Below are positions 23,677-35,420 of a DNA stretch of 64,000 nt, piece by piece. The stretch lies in the NCBI GenBank assembly GCA_004431415.1, contig QPMI01000429.1:62001-126000 (forward strand). The letters run 5' to 3'. The position numbers and the translations under genes are program-made. Numbering within the stretch: the first letter of the stretch is position 1; every line of letters begins with the position of its first letter. A model generated the notes under the pieces. The model searched no databases and was not told where the DNA came from. It saw only the letters and a program-made list of their open reading frames with translations. The stretch is from Cyanophora paradoxa CCMP329. Lineage: Eukaryota > Plantae > Glaucophyta.

Positions 23677-23981
23677 GTACGGACTCCGGGAGTCTACGGA
23701 CCGTACGGTCACCGGTCCGTCGGTACGTACGGACCGTACCGACGGTACCGTTCGCCGAGTCGGTCCTGCGGTCGACGTCCTGCCAGCTTCTAGCCTTAGT
23801 AGACCGTGAGACTAGCCTAGTAGACGTCACGGTGCAGATCACGGATCTACCGGTAGAAACTTGAAATCATCTACGAGGCTAGAGATTCTAGAGTCTAGAC
23901 TCTAGACTCTAGAGTCTAGACGCGTCACGCGTATACTATGAAACGTACGTAGACCCCCAAACGCGCGCCCCGGCCCGGCGG

Positions 23982-24470
23982 TAGGGCTGGGCACAGTGGC
24001 GCCAGTGGCCAGTGGGACCCCGCCACTGGACTGACTCAGTGGCACTTTTTGCCACTACATACAACATGCCAGTGGCATACAAACGACGGAAAATCGCGGG
24101 GGTGGGGGTAGGCTCTTGTTGTCAGATCGACCCGACCCGAGGTTGATGTGCGGATTTCCGCTTTTTTGAGCCGATCTTCTCCATTTTCGGTGCGGTTTTC
24201 GCATCGGCGGAGTCGAAAACCCTCATTAGTTACAGAAGGGTCGGGCTTGCACTTTAATTCCCTCGACAAAAGTTCCAATTGCTGCCAAAACCCTGCGATC
24301 GCTGTACATGTAAAATCGAGGGCGCAAGCTCGGCGCTTTTTCGCTTAGTTTAGGTCGTTTTTTGCTTCAGATTCACAGGTACCCCCCTCCCACTGGCGCC
24401 ACTGAGTGGGGTGCCAGTGGGAGGGGGCCACTGACTCAGTGGGGTCGGACCCCCACTACGCCCACCCCTA
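23982..24470. mobile_element. Non-autonomous hAT element
   Basis: TIR TAGGGCTGGGCACAGTGG vs TAGGGGTGGGCGTAGTGG (15/18); 8-bp TSD CCCGGCGG (23974-23981, 24471-24478); subterminal CAGTGG/CCACTG repeats. Confidence 0.9.
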
Positions 24471-24710
24471 CCCGGCGGGCCGGCGCGGCGGCGGCCGCGC
24501 GCGCGCGCGCCGCCGCCGGCGCCGGCGGCGCGCGCCCGGCGCCCGGCGGCGCCGGCGCCCGCCGCGCCCCCCATCATATGCATGGGCCCCATTATGGCCC
24601 CCATATGCATATGCTAGTATGCATGTACCGGCCGAATCACATGATTCACATCATCAGTGCACTCAGTGTACTCAGTGTGACAGTGTCACAGTGACTGTAC
24701 ATGTGATGTA

Positions 24711-24956
24711 CCGTATAACAGAATATTAGTGCGCGCATAATATTAATGCGCCCCCAATTTAATGCGTTTTCTGCCGTCAAAACGCATTAATTTGGGGGCG
24801 CATTAATATTGAAGCGCTAAGAAACTGCGGTCTGTACCCCCTACATTCTGCGAAAAGGCTGCAAACGCATTAATTTGGTGCCGCATTAATAGCCATAATA
24901 GGGGTCCGGGTCCAAAAACGCATTAATATTGAGCGCATTAATATTGTGTTATACGG
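24711..24956. mobile_element. TA-flanked MITE (pogo/mariner-like)
   Basis: TIR CCGTATAACA(G/C)AATATTA(G/A)TGCGC (22/24); TA on both flanks; internal CGCATTAAT repeats. Confidence 0.85.
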
Positions 24957-25110
24957 TACATCATGGCAATGATGGCATGCATATGTGTACACTGTACACT
25001 GTACACTGTGACACTGTGAGTCCGACACTGTACATTGTACAATATATATATTTGGGCCTTGCAAATTGCAATGCGCATGCGCGCGGCGCATATCATAGTA
25101 TAATGCATAG

Positions 25111-25613
25111 CAGTGATGGCATTTTTTCTAGAAACTTTTCTATAAACAATTTCGAAATCAATTTCGAAATTGTTTCCGAAAAGGTCCCGAGAGACCCCCT
25201 AATTAGGAATTGTTTCTATTTAAGGGGGGTACCCTCGTTTTTCCACATTCTGCGCGAAACACGGCGAAACAACGCATTAGAATGATAGAAAACGTGATAG
25301 AAAGCTTATATAACACGATAGGAGTCTATCTGAGATGTCTAGATCCGGAACTCAGCCGCCAACATGGCTGACAGGGGGTACGAGTAGTGAATTTCCCTTT
25401 TGGAATGTCGCATGTTCTGATGATCTAGAAGACACAAACTGGACAGTTTTCATTAAGGAAAGCATCAGAAGGTTAAAGGGAGCGTCAGGCATTAGCAGAA
25501 GGGCCCTCGGGAGGGGCCCCTGATTTCGGAAATATTTCGGAAATATTTCCGAAATATTTCCGAAATGTTTCCGAAATGGTCGTTTTTTGGAGAAATTCGG
25601 AATACCATCACTG
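25111..25613. mobile_element. Non-autonomous hAT element
   Basis: TIR CAGTGATGG(C/T)ATT; 8-bp TSD ATGCATAG (25103-25110, 25614-25621); subterminal TTTCCGAAA/TTTCGGAAA repeats. Confidence 0.9.
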
Positions 25614-26101
25614 ATGCATAGTATGGCCGGAGTTTCGTGACGTCGGACGCCGTGACGGGCCGGAGTCAAGTATATATGGAGTTACTTGACTTCGGCCCGT
25701 CCGACGTCACTGACGTACGCGTCAGCCGTTACTAACCGACAATGCCAGCGCCTGTGGGGCCCGCCGAGTTCAACGGTTCTGCGCAACTTACTAAGTTAAG
25801 CTTCTGGCGAAGATTTGCGACGTCAGTGAGTCAATTGACTCATGATCACTGAGTCAGTGACTCAGTAACTCTGCCACTGACTCAAGCCAAGTTGCAAATA
25901 TGAATAAAACTTGCAATTGCGAGTGCCACGGTGATCAGTGCAATTGCGACTCCAAGCAATACTACCGTGTAAGTTGTGTGACGGTGTAACACAAGCCCAG
26001 CCATCAAGCCTCCCTCTAGCCCCGAGCCGACCCCCCAGCCAGTGTCGCCGACCGGCTGGCGAATTCGAAATCCAGCGCTACAAAGGCCTCCTGTCCGTGC
26101 A

Positions 26102-26955
26102 GCTACCGTGCGCGAAATTGATGCCTGCATTTCTTTCCTGCGCACGCACGTCTACGCCGCTGCTAGCTCCCGCCCCCGAGCTCATGAGCTCATGCGTTTA
26201 TTTTAGGGGACCTCAATAGCACGTTAACGTTCAACCCCCAGCGCGACCGCATCTCCAACGGCCAGGCGGCGGCCGGCTACGCGCCCGAGAGCTCATGCAT
26301 GCGCATATGGTGGGCGGAACTCATGGGCCCCGACACCTGGCACCTCAAGGACGCCGCAGTGGCCGCCGGAGCTGAGCGGGAAATAACATATATCCCCAGC
26401 GACCGGGACGACACGCCTGACCACGAATTCGAAAGGAGAGGCATCTTGCGTTCGCAAGAAATCCGGAACGGCGCCCGCCTCGATGTCTGTCTCATGACCG
26501 AACAAAGCAGCAGAGCGCTTCGGGGGGCGCATGCCTCTCCGTACAATTGGCCCTACAGATCGGATCACTACCCCGTGTTCGCCGACTTTAATGAAGAGGA
26601 CCTCGGCATAGCCCCATGGCCAGCCAAAACTCCCGGAGTCCTCCCCAGCCAATTGCAATTCTAAGCCCGCCCGTCTTCTCATACTCAAACCTTCCCCCCC
26701 TCCAACGCATTAACTTCAAAGACGAAGTGGAGTCCATATTGGCGGAAGGCAGGGCCAGGGAACTCGTTCGGGGGCTTGACTCAGTGAACTCTTGAACCGA
26801 GCGTACGAGTCTGAACCCCCGCCTCCCGCCCAACTAGCGACTGCCCACTCAATGCTCGAACAGCTTCACGAAATAATGCTATCTGCTATCTGCTCCTGCT
26901 GCCGCTCGCAGTCGCGCGCCGCGTCTAGAACCATTGACGGATGATGAGGAGCAAG
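26102..26955 (+). pseudogene. Degenerate LINE-type APE/EEP endonuclease fragment
   Basis: In-frame FILGDLN (26197), ITY, ARLDVCL and RSDHYPVFADF match the conserved GDxN/TY/RxD/SDH motifs. Intronless, with downstream stops. Confidence 0.75.
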
Positions 26956-28479
26956 CACTAGGAGAGACCCCCCCTTATAACATACATGTCAGCTACAGAG
27001 TTACGCATCAACTATGTGAAGAAAAATCTCTGTGACGCCATAGGAAAAAATTCGCTAACTATGTCGAATATGTGTCAAACGGACCAGGGAACTCTATTAA
27101 AATAAAATTAATAGAGATTTGGAAAATAGAACTCTTAGCAGCCTCACATACATAGTCAAGAGTTGTCACAGAGATTGCAGGCCGCTGCAGGGCAGGGCCC
27201 CCGCGCCCGCGCCGCCCCCGCTTGCCGCCCCCGCCCCTGCGCTCGAGCTTCCGCAGCTGCATAGATGCACTTAAGATCTGTATTCTGCACGCACTACCGA
27301 AAGACTGGCGGCTCCCTAGCAGGCAGTAGCTAGCTCGCATCATGCATAAATATTCACTAGCGAGCTAGCTACCCCGGGGCCGCCCGCCGCGCCGCCCGCC
27401 GCCCGCCGCGCCGCCCGCCGCCCGCCGCGCCGCCCGCCGCCCGCCGCGCCGCCCGCCGCCCGCCGCGCCGCCGCCGCCCGCCGCCCGCCGCTTAAGCTTA
27501 AGCCGCTGCGCGCTCGCGGCGTTCGCGAAGGTACGCGCTCGGCCTTGCCTCGCCTCAGCTTAGCTGAGACTTGCTTCGTTCTTGCAGTGAAAGGCAGGAG
27601 CTCGGGCGTGACAGCCAGGGCGGGCCGGCGCGGTGCGGCGTGCAGGGCGCTGCGCATGCGGCCGTCTGGCCGGCCGGCGGTGGGTCGCGGGCTGACCGGG
27701 CTGGCGGGCCAGTGGCGGCGGCGGCGGGTGGCGCGGCGCGACCGGCCGCGGCCGGCGAGCCGCGGCGGAACGGCTCCGGGCCGGCCGGGCGGCGCAACGC
27801 AGCGTGGCCGGCGGGCCGCGGTCGGGGCGGGCTCGGGCCGGCCGGCCGGCGAGCCGCGGGCCCGCGGCGGCCCGGCACCGGGCGCCGGCGAGCGGCGCGG
27901 CGGGCGGAGCGACGGGGCGCGGTGGCGGGTGGCGCGCCGCGCCGGCCGGCGAGTCGCGGCGGCCCGGCACCGAGCGCCGGCCGGCGGCGCCGCGCGCGGC
28001 GCGCGGCGGGCGGCGGCCCCGCCGGCGGGCAGCGCGGGGCCGGCGGAGCCAGCGCGCGGCGGGCCCCGCGATGCGGCCGGCGGCGCTAGCTAGCTGGCTA
28101 GTTCGCTAGCATGTATGCATGATGCCAGCTAGCTACCGCCTGCTAGGGAGCCGCCGGCCTTCCCGTAGTGTCTTCTTCATTGCATATATGCAGCCCGGGG
28201 AGCTCGAGCGCAGGGGCGGGGGCGGCAAGCGGGGGCGGCGCGGGCGCGGGGGCCCGGCCCTGCAGCGGCCTGCAAGCTGCTATCTATGTGAAGCTGCTAA
28301 TAGTTCTATTTTCCAAATCTCTATTAATTTTATTTTAATAGAGTTCCCTGTTCGGTTTGACACATATTCGACATAGTTAACGCATTTTTTACTATGGCGT
28401 CACAGAGATTTTTCTTCACATAGTTCATGCGTAACTCTGTAGCTAACATGTATGTTAAAAGGGGGGGTCTCTCCTAGTG
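26956..28479. mobile_element. Foldback-like element with ~410-bp TIRs and a GC-rich core
   Basis: 26956-~27370 is the reverse complement of ~28090-28479 (ends CACTAGGAGAGACCCCCCC). The core holds (GCCGCCC)n-type repeats and no credible ORF. Confidence 0.88.
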
Positions 28480-29567
28480 CACGCCCCCGCCCGCCCCCCC
28501 TCAGCCCCGCGGCCCCAAAGCCCGACCGAACCGGCCCCGACCTGCGCCCCGACCCCCTGATCCTACCATGCCCCCGCCTGCCCGCCCCTCGCCGGCCCCT
28601 CCGCCTCCCCTCGCTCCTCAACCCCACAGCGCCAGACCTACCAGCTCACACCAATGCCCCTGGTGCCGCCGCCCTCTAGAGGCCCACCCCTCTATGCGAC
28701 ACCCTATAGCCCTTGCCTCATACTCTGAACCTGGCTGCCGCCCCGACGATTTTGAATTCCTTGCCTCCCCTGACCTCGAGCTCATCCTCGACTACCATCT
28801 CTGGGGGGCATCCCCCCTCGGCTTCTCTCTGCGCAGGTTCTGAGGATCGCGACCTCACTTTCAACTACCGCCGGTCCCGCCTACCCCCGCTGCGTCTTAG
28901 CCCTGGCCACGTCGGGGCTGGCGGGGGTATATACGTAGGTGCCTTAGGCAAGCTAGTATATTTGGCCACTCAGGGAGGTAGCGGAGACTGTACCGCGGTG
29001 TTACCAAATATACGAGGGCTTACGGAAAAAAAAGCCTCCTGTCCGTGCCTCCCAGCCTCTAGCTATATAGGCTCGGCGAGTTTTATAATTAGTTAGCTTT
29101 TGCACGTTTTTTCGCCTGAAACACAACGTACCCCCCCTCTACCGGAGCTACCCGGTCGGTATCGGTTGCGGGGGTGCTACCACCGGGTAGGGGGTCCGAC
29201 GGTCGAGGTGGACTGACTACAGCCCTACTCGGAAGTCACATTGCAATTGAAGTTGCCGCGAACCGTGAACCGTGAACCAGAAGTATTTGCGGATTTGTGA
29301 AAATAGCTGTTTTACGGTACTGTTATTATTTGCAATTGCGGGCCGCGGCCGCGGCGGGGTGCGCATGCACGTGTCGGCCGAACCCTCCCTAATTATATAA
29401 GCTTAAGCGAGCGCCAGCGGAGGCCCCCCGGCCCGCCCCCCGCGCCCCTGCCCGCCCACCCCCTAGGCCTGGCACCCCTCGCACATGCTTGTCCCCGCGC
29501 TAACTATAATTATAAGGGCTGTACATGCATATGTCTGAGGCTCTGATCCTGTCGGAGGCGCGGGCCT

Positions 29568-29590
29568 TCCCCCTCCATCCCCCCCCCCCC

Positions 29591-29622
<32 letters not shown>

Positions 29623-30075
29623 GACATCGCACCGAAATCCGGATCCACCTGACATTCGAATTCGACATTGTCGATGTCGGAGGCTGGGGGACCGACATTA
29701 ATATTACCGTCTGACGGTAACCCTACCCCAGGGTAGCCTCTCCATGCATATGGCCAATTATTTCCACATCGATATCCGAGCTCCGCCCGGCCCGATGTCC
29801 GAAAGGCTTCAGGCTTAGTCCCGTAGGTTCATCTCTCGACTTGACACAGCTGCACCGATGGACACCTCAGTTATATCTCTAGCCATTTGTCTCGGTGTGT
29901 GCGAATTCATTTATTAATGTGCGCCACCCCCTCCCCCCCCCCTCCCCGCTCCCCCCCCGCGCCCCCTCCTCCCCCCCTCCCCGCTCCCCCCCGCGCGCCC
30001 CTCCCCCCCCCTCCCCCCCCTCCGACCCCCCCCCCCTCCTGCGCCCCCCCCCTCCCCCCCGCTCCCCCGCTCCCT
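29568..30075 (+). repeat. Poly-C / C-rich low-complexity tracts (29568-29620, 29925-30075)
   Basis: Directly visible. Confidence 0.9.
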
Positions 30076-30182
30076 TGTCACGCGGGGGCTACAAAACGCT
30101 TCATGCACACGCGCAGGCTCGGGGCCCGGCGGGGCCGGCGGGGTGCGCGCGGGCTCGGGGCCGGGCGGGGCGGGGCGGGGCC

Positions 30183-33100
30183 CTAGAGCTTGAGGGAGCT
30201 GGCGGTCTTGCCGGGGCCTCGCCGGGGCCGCCGCGGGGCCGCTTGGCGGGGCGGGCCCCCGCGGCGGCGGCGTCGGTGCTCGCCTGCAGGTTCTTGAAGA
30301 ACTCCTTGCTCTGCGTGAACTTCTTCGTGCCCCCCTGCACCTCCTTCCCCTCCACCACGTTCTGCCGCGGCGGTCAGGGCGCTGCGCCGCCGAGGCGCGG
30401 GGCGGGGCGGGGCGGGGCGGGGGGCGGGGCGGGGCGGGGCGGGCGCACGCGGCCGCCGGCCTTGCGGAGCTCCTCGAGGGCGCGCTCCTTGCTGTACTTG
30501 TTCCCCATCCCGGGGTTCGCCTTCTCCACCACCTGCGAGCCCCGTGAGCCCGACGCCGCCGGGCGCGCGCGCGCGGGGTCGCTCGGGCCGACCTTGCGGT
30601 CGGCCTCGGCGCGGCGCTTCTCCTTGGCCTTGGAGCGCTTCCTGTCGGCGCGCTCCCGCTTCTTCTCCGCGCCCGTCCGCTCGGCGTCGCCCTTGAGCCG
30701 CTTCGGCGGCGCGTAGACCTCCTCGGGGGCCAGCAGCGCCCCCTCCCTGCCGTTGTTCGCGACGCCGGCTTAGCGGCCGGGCGGGGTCCGCCGGGGCAGG
30801 GCGGGGCGGGGCGGGGCGGGGCGGGGCGGACGAGACGGCGAGGGGGACGGCCTCCTCCATGGCGATGGCGGGGGCGTTGGCCTTGACCTCGAGGGCCCCG
30901 AAGTCGGGCTTGGGGGTGAAGTGGAAGTTGGAGAGGGCGTCGAGCTTGGCGCAGAGCTTCGTGAAGCAGACGTCGATCTCCTCCCGCTTCTTCCGCGTCT
31001 CCGCGTCCCCCGTCGCCCCCTGCGCCGCCGCCACGTACTCCTTCTCGTACACCGACCCCAGGCCCTCCTTGCTGCGGCGCCCCTCAGAGGGGCGGGGCGG
31101 GGCGGGGCGGGGCGGCGGGCCTCTTCTCGTGGTCGAGCTCGACGGTGCGGCGGCGGCGGTTCGGGTCGGGCGCCTTCTTCCGCACCACGTCGTCGAACGC
31201 CGCCTGCGCCCGAGCCGGGCTCAGCCGAGCAAAGCGGAGGCGAGCAAAGCAGAGGCGAGGCGAGGGGCGGGGGCGGACGTCGAGGATGCGGCGCTTGATG
31301 GCCTCCTCGAGGGAGCTCGTCGTCTCCTGCGTGACCACGGGGGCCGGCTTGTTCGCGTGGTCGAACTCCAGCTGCGCCTCCAGCAGGCTGTTCACGGGCC
31401 GCTCCCGCGCCGAGACCTCGCCGGCGAGGTGCCACGGCTTCTCCCCCACGTTGAAGTCCTCTAGCGCCGCGATCTGGCTCTTGATCCGCGCCGCCCGCCG
31501 CTCCGCCGCCGTCGCAGGGCCCGCACCCGCCTCCGCCTCCCCCGCCCCCGCCGCCTCCTTCCCCTTCCCCTTCCCCGCCTTCGCCCCGCCGCTCTCCTCC
31601 TCCTCCTCCTCGCCCCGCACGGGCCTGCCGGCGCGGTCATCGAAGCCCGGCGGGGCGCGGAGGGGCGGGGCGGGGCCGGGGGCTGGCGGGGGCGCACCGG
31701 GGCCGGCCGCTCCGCGGCGCGTCGAAGAAGTCCTCGTAGCGCGCCTCCTTCCCCGCTGCCGGCCCACCCCGCCCCCGATCAGCTCGCGCCCCGCTTGCCC
31801 CGCCCGCTCCGCGCGGCTCGCCCGCCCCGCCCCGCGCACATCGCTTCCGCGGCCTCCTCCCCTCCTCCTCCTCCTCCTCCTCCTCGTCCTCGCCGTCCTC
31901 CTCCATGTCTGCGGGGGCGGCGCCGGCGGTCAGCGGGGCGCCGGGGCCGCGCGCGGCCCCTCGAGCGCGCCTTCCATCTCGGCGGCCATCTCGAGGTCGT
32001 CGTCGTCCAGCTCCTCCTCCTCCTCGTCTTCCTCCTCGTCCCCCTCGTCCTCGTCCTCGTTTTCCTCGTCCTCCTCGTCCTCGTCGCCCTTCTTCTGGCG
32101 GCGCTCCTCGCGGGCGCGCTCCCGGGCCGCCTCCTCCTCCGCCTGCTGGCAGAACTCCTCCATCTCGTCCTGCCGCCCCGCGGCCGGCGCCCCGTCAGCC
32201 CCCGCCTCGGCGGCGCAGGCGCAGGCGCGCCCCGCGGGGCCCCGCAGAGCCGGCGGCGCGCACCAGGTCGAAGAAGTCGTCCTCGAGGCCCTCGATCCGC
32301 GGCCGCTTCCCTGCGCCGGCGCGCGCGCCCCCCGCTCAGCGCCCGCTCGGCTCCGGGGCGCCGGGGGGCGGCCGCCCTCGCCTGATTTTGACATGCCCGC
32401 CGCCCCCGGCGCCGCCTCCGCTTCTTCTTCCCCCTCCCCCTCCTCCTCCTCCTCGCCGGCCGCTCTCCGCTTCTCTGCGCGCCCGCCCGCGCGTCGGCCG
32501 CAGCCCGCGCTGCCGAGCGGGCGCGCGCCCCGCGCACCTTTCGCGGCGCGCGCCATCGCCGCATCGAACGCAGCGTCGTCGTCGTCCTCCTCCTCCCCGC
32601 TCGCGCCCTTGCCTGCGGGCGCTCGTCGGAGGGCGCCGCGCCGCTGCGCGGCGGCGTCCGCGCGCGTCGCATCGCACCGGCCTCGTCCTCCCCGTCATCT
32701 TCCCCGTCCGCCTCGCCCTCGTCCTCCTCGTCCTCGCCGCCCGCTCCCGACCCGCTCGCGGCGTCCTTCTCATCGTCGCTCAGCGCGAGGCCCTGCGCGC
32801 CCACACCGCGTCAGCTAAGGGCGCCACAGGTAGAGCGCATCTCTGCTCGCCTCCGGAATCAGCGAGATCTCGTCGATGCTCTTCAGCAGGCCCCCCACGC
32901 GCTTCTCAGCATACTGCAGGACCGGCGCGTTCTGAAGCTGAATCTCCTCCCAGATCTGTTCCACGTCGAAGCCATCGACTAGCAGTTCTGGTAAAGGTCC
33001 AAACGGCTTATCCTCGTGCTTCTTGGCTGCGAGCGGCGGCGATCAGCGGTGCGAAGGCGTGATCGAGCCAGCGCCTGCGCCGGATCGCTGCAGCGGGGAC

Positions 33101-33294
33101 GCACCAAAGTCGAAAATGAGCTTTACTGTGCTAAGGATATCAGATCGAGAGCTCTCGGGCAGCTGCCCCACGAACAGTTCCGGGTGCTCGCCGTACGCGC
33201 GGAGGAACTGCTGGATTCGGTCAAAAACCGGTGCTGTGGACGCGCTCGACGCGCTGCCGCTCCCGCTCGCGGTTGCCGCGCCGCCGCCTGCCAT
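30183..33294 (-). CDS. MPP10: U3 snoRNP / SSU processome protein Mpp10 (multi-exon)
   Basis: GFDVEQIWEEIQLQN; acidic tract; EKPWHLAGEVSARERPVNSLLE; KPAPVVTQETTSSLEEAIKRRI; AFDDVVRK; CAKLDALSNFHFTPKP; IAMEEAVP; LLAPEEVY; C-terminal SSLKL. Confidence 0.93.
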
Positions 33295-33322
33295 CGCGAC
33301 CCGGGTACGACTCTTGCGGCCA

Positions 33323-33408
33323 GTTCGCAACACTCCGGCCTTTCGGGTCGCTTCTGGAGCCTAGGCCGTCTTCGCGGGCCTTCGCGAAGCTTCGACCGCC
33401 CATATAAG
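33323..33408 (+). promoter_or_regulatory. Heat-shock elements + TATA box of sHSP copy A
   Basis: cTTCgcGAAgcTTCg at 33380-33394, further TTC units upstream at ~10-bp spacing, and ATATAAG at 33402. Confidence 0.8.
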
Positions 33409-33509
33409 ATGCCAGCCGCCGCGGTCGCGATGCATTCTCAACTTGAGCGTTGCAAGCAGCGATCCCCTCGCATACAGCGACCACGAAGCGCACCCGGCAG
33501 CCCGTCGAC

Positions 33510-34745
33510 ATGGCGTTCTACTACAGCTACGAGCCCGTCTATGAGCCCGTCTTCACTGCTCCGATCTACGCCCCCGCCAGCGACTTCGGGCAGGTGCGCT
33601 AGCGCTGCAGCGTTGCGCGTCAGTACGCCTCCTCGCTCCTGACCCGGCCGTGCGCGGCGCAGCTCCGACGGGACGTGGACATGATCTTCGACTCGGTGCT
33701 GCGCCCCGACAACTTGCTCCTCCTCCGCGACCCGTGCGCACGCTCTCGAATGTTCCGCCTCGCCCGGCGGCCGCCGCTCATGATCACGCCGCCCGCGCGC
33801 AGGCTCCTTGAGACGCGGGGCCTTTGGTCGCGGCTGAACTCGCTCCTCGACTCGTACGATGACGACGAGATGGTCTCCGTGTCAAAGCGGCCGCGGCAGT
33901 CGATGCGCGTGGAGGCCGCGCCGCGCTCGCACCGGCGCCCCGCCGCACGTGCCGCCGCCGTTGGCGAGCAGGCCCAGCGCGCCGTCCAGGTGGCGCCCGC
34001 CGCCCCGGCCCAGCCGCAGTCTCCGGCCCCGCCGCAGGCCAGCGGCCAGCCGGAGGCCCAGCAGCAGGCGGCCGCCGCCGCTCAGGAGGTGCAGCAGGCG
34101 CAGCCGCAGCCGCAGGCGCAGCACGCCCGGCGGGAGTCGCGCGGCGAGGCCGGCCCGCTGGCGACCTCGCGCCTGTGGCGGGCGGCGATGCTGGAGCCGC
34201 GCGTGGACGTGCTGGAGAACACGGGCGCGTTCGTCGTGCGCGCAGAGGTGCCCGGCATCGCGCCCGAGGACATCAAGCTCGAGGTGCGCCATACCCCCCC
34301 GGAGTCCCGCTCTCCCCGCGAGACGTCCTTTGACGGCGCCGGGCGCAGGTGGCGGGCAATGTGCTCACGCTGTCGGGCGAGCTGCACCGCGAGGAGTCGA
34401 GCGGCGAGCGCGAGCGCGTGCACCGCCAGGAGCGCGTCTTCGGCTGCTTCTCGCGCCAGTTCCGGTGCGCCTCCCTCGCGGTTTGCGGAGCGCCCTCGCG
34501 GCCGCTGACACGTCTCGCGCAGGTTCCCCGGGCTGCAGTCGGTGAGCCCGCAGGAGATCAGCGCGGAGTTCGAGCACGGCGTGCTCACGATCAAGGTGCC
34601 GAAGCCCAAATCGGAGGTGCCGGTCGCCATCCCCGTCCGCATCGCCGGCGGCGCGGCGGCGGCGGAGAAGGCGCCGGTGGCGGCCGTCGCGGCGGCGCCT
34701 GCGCCGGCGGCGGTGGAGGCCGCGCCCGCGAGCCAGGCGGCTTAA
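33510..34745 (+). CDS. HSP20: Small heat-shock protein (HSP20/alpha-crystallin domain), copy A
   Basis: PRVDVLENTGAFVVRAEVPGIAPEDIKLE|VAGNVLTLSGE...HRQERVFGCFSRQFR|FP...ISAEFEHGVLTIKVPK...IPV; four introns. Confidence 0.93.
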
Positions 34746-35420
34746 AATGGCTGAGCAAGCAAGTTGCCGTCCGACGGTCGTACGCACCCGACCGTCGGAC
34801 GGCCATACTATAGCTATATATGCTATGCATTTCTAAATTAAAATCCTGTCTCGGACGTTTTCACCTTAGAAAATAAATTTGTACACGTGCATGCGCACGT
34901 ATTCGTTGTTGTATTAGGAATTTAATTTAGGATACGCAGGCGTCGCATGATATACAGCGATGCACTTAAAATTGTCAGAATGAATTACTTGAGGATGTCG
35001 ACATGTACTCTTCTATTGTACAGGCATAGTTATAGCTGGCAGTTGCTGATTAGCTAAAATAGTGTCGGCATTGTCGGCATGATGTTCCTGTTCGAATCGA
35101 CCGAAATCGATGTTTGCATCGCGGGCGACTCGGCGGTCGGAAAGGGCAGGGGCCGGGATCCTGGAATTGGAAGCCACCGCGATCGCCAGCCTGCAGCTGG
35201 CACGAGAACGCCGCGTGGGCGTTCCGGGGAGGAGGGGGGGGGGGAGAGGGGTATATGGCCGGAGGCCTTAAAAAATGCGAAGGAGCTGAAAAAGATGGGG
35301 GGGGGGGGGGGGGGGGGGAGTACGGGCGGAGCTAGGTCTACGTCTACGTCCGCGGGCAGAGGATGGCACGCGGGGCAGAGGCGGGGCGTGGGCGCCGACT
35401 GGGCGGAGGGGCCCGCGTGG

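Noticed and set aside
26081-29049. Shared GCCTCCTGTCCGTGC at ~26086 and ~29034 as LTR or split repeats
   Set aside because: Only ~15 bp match with no extension on either side.
19300-29880. One giant element enclosing the whole TE island (CCGATG/CGACAT-rich ends)
   Set aside because: Similar short motifs occur at both ends, but I could find no TIR pair or TSD.
33510-33593. sHSP N-terminus MAF... as a plastid transit peptide
   Set aside because: The sequence is Tyr/Glu/Pro-rich and acidic, unlike the Ser/Ala/Arg-rich transit peptides of GPI and TKL.
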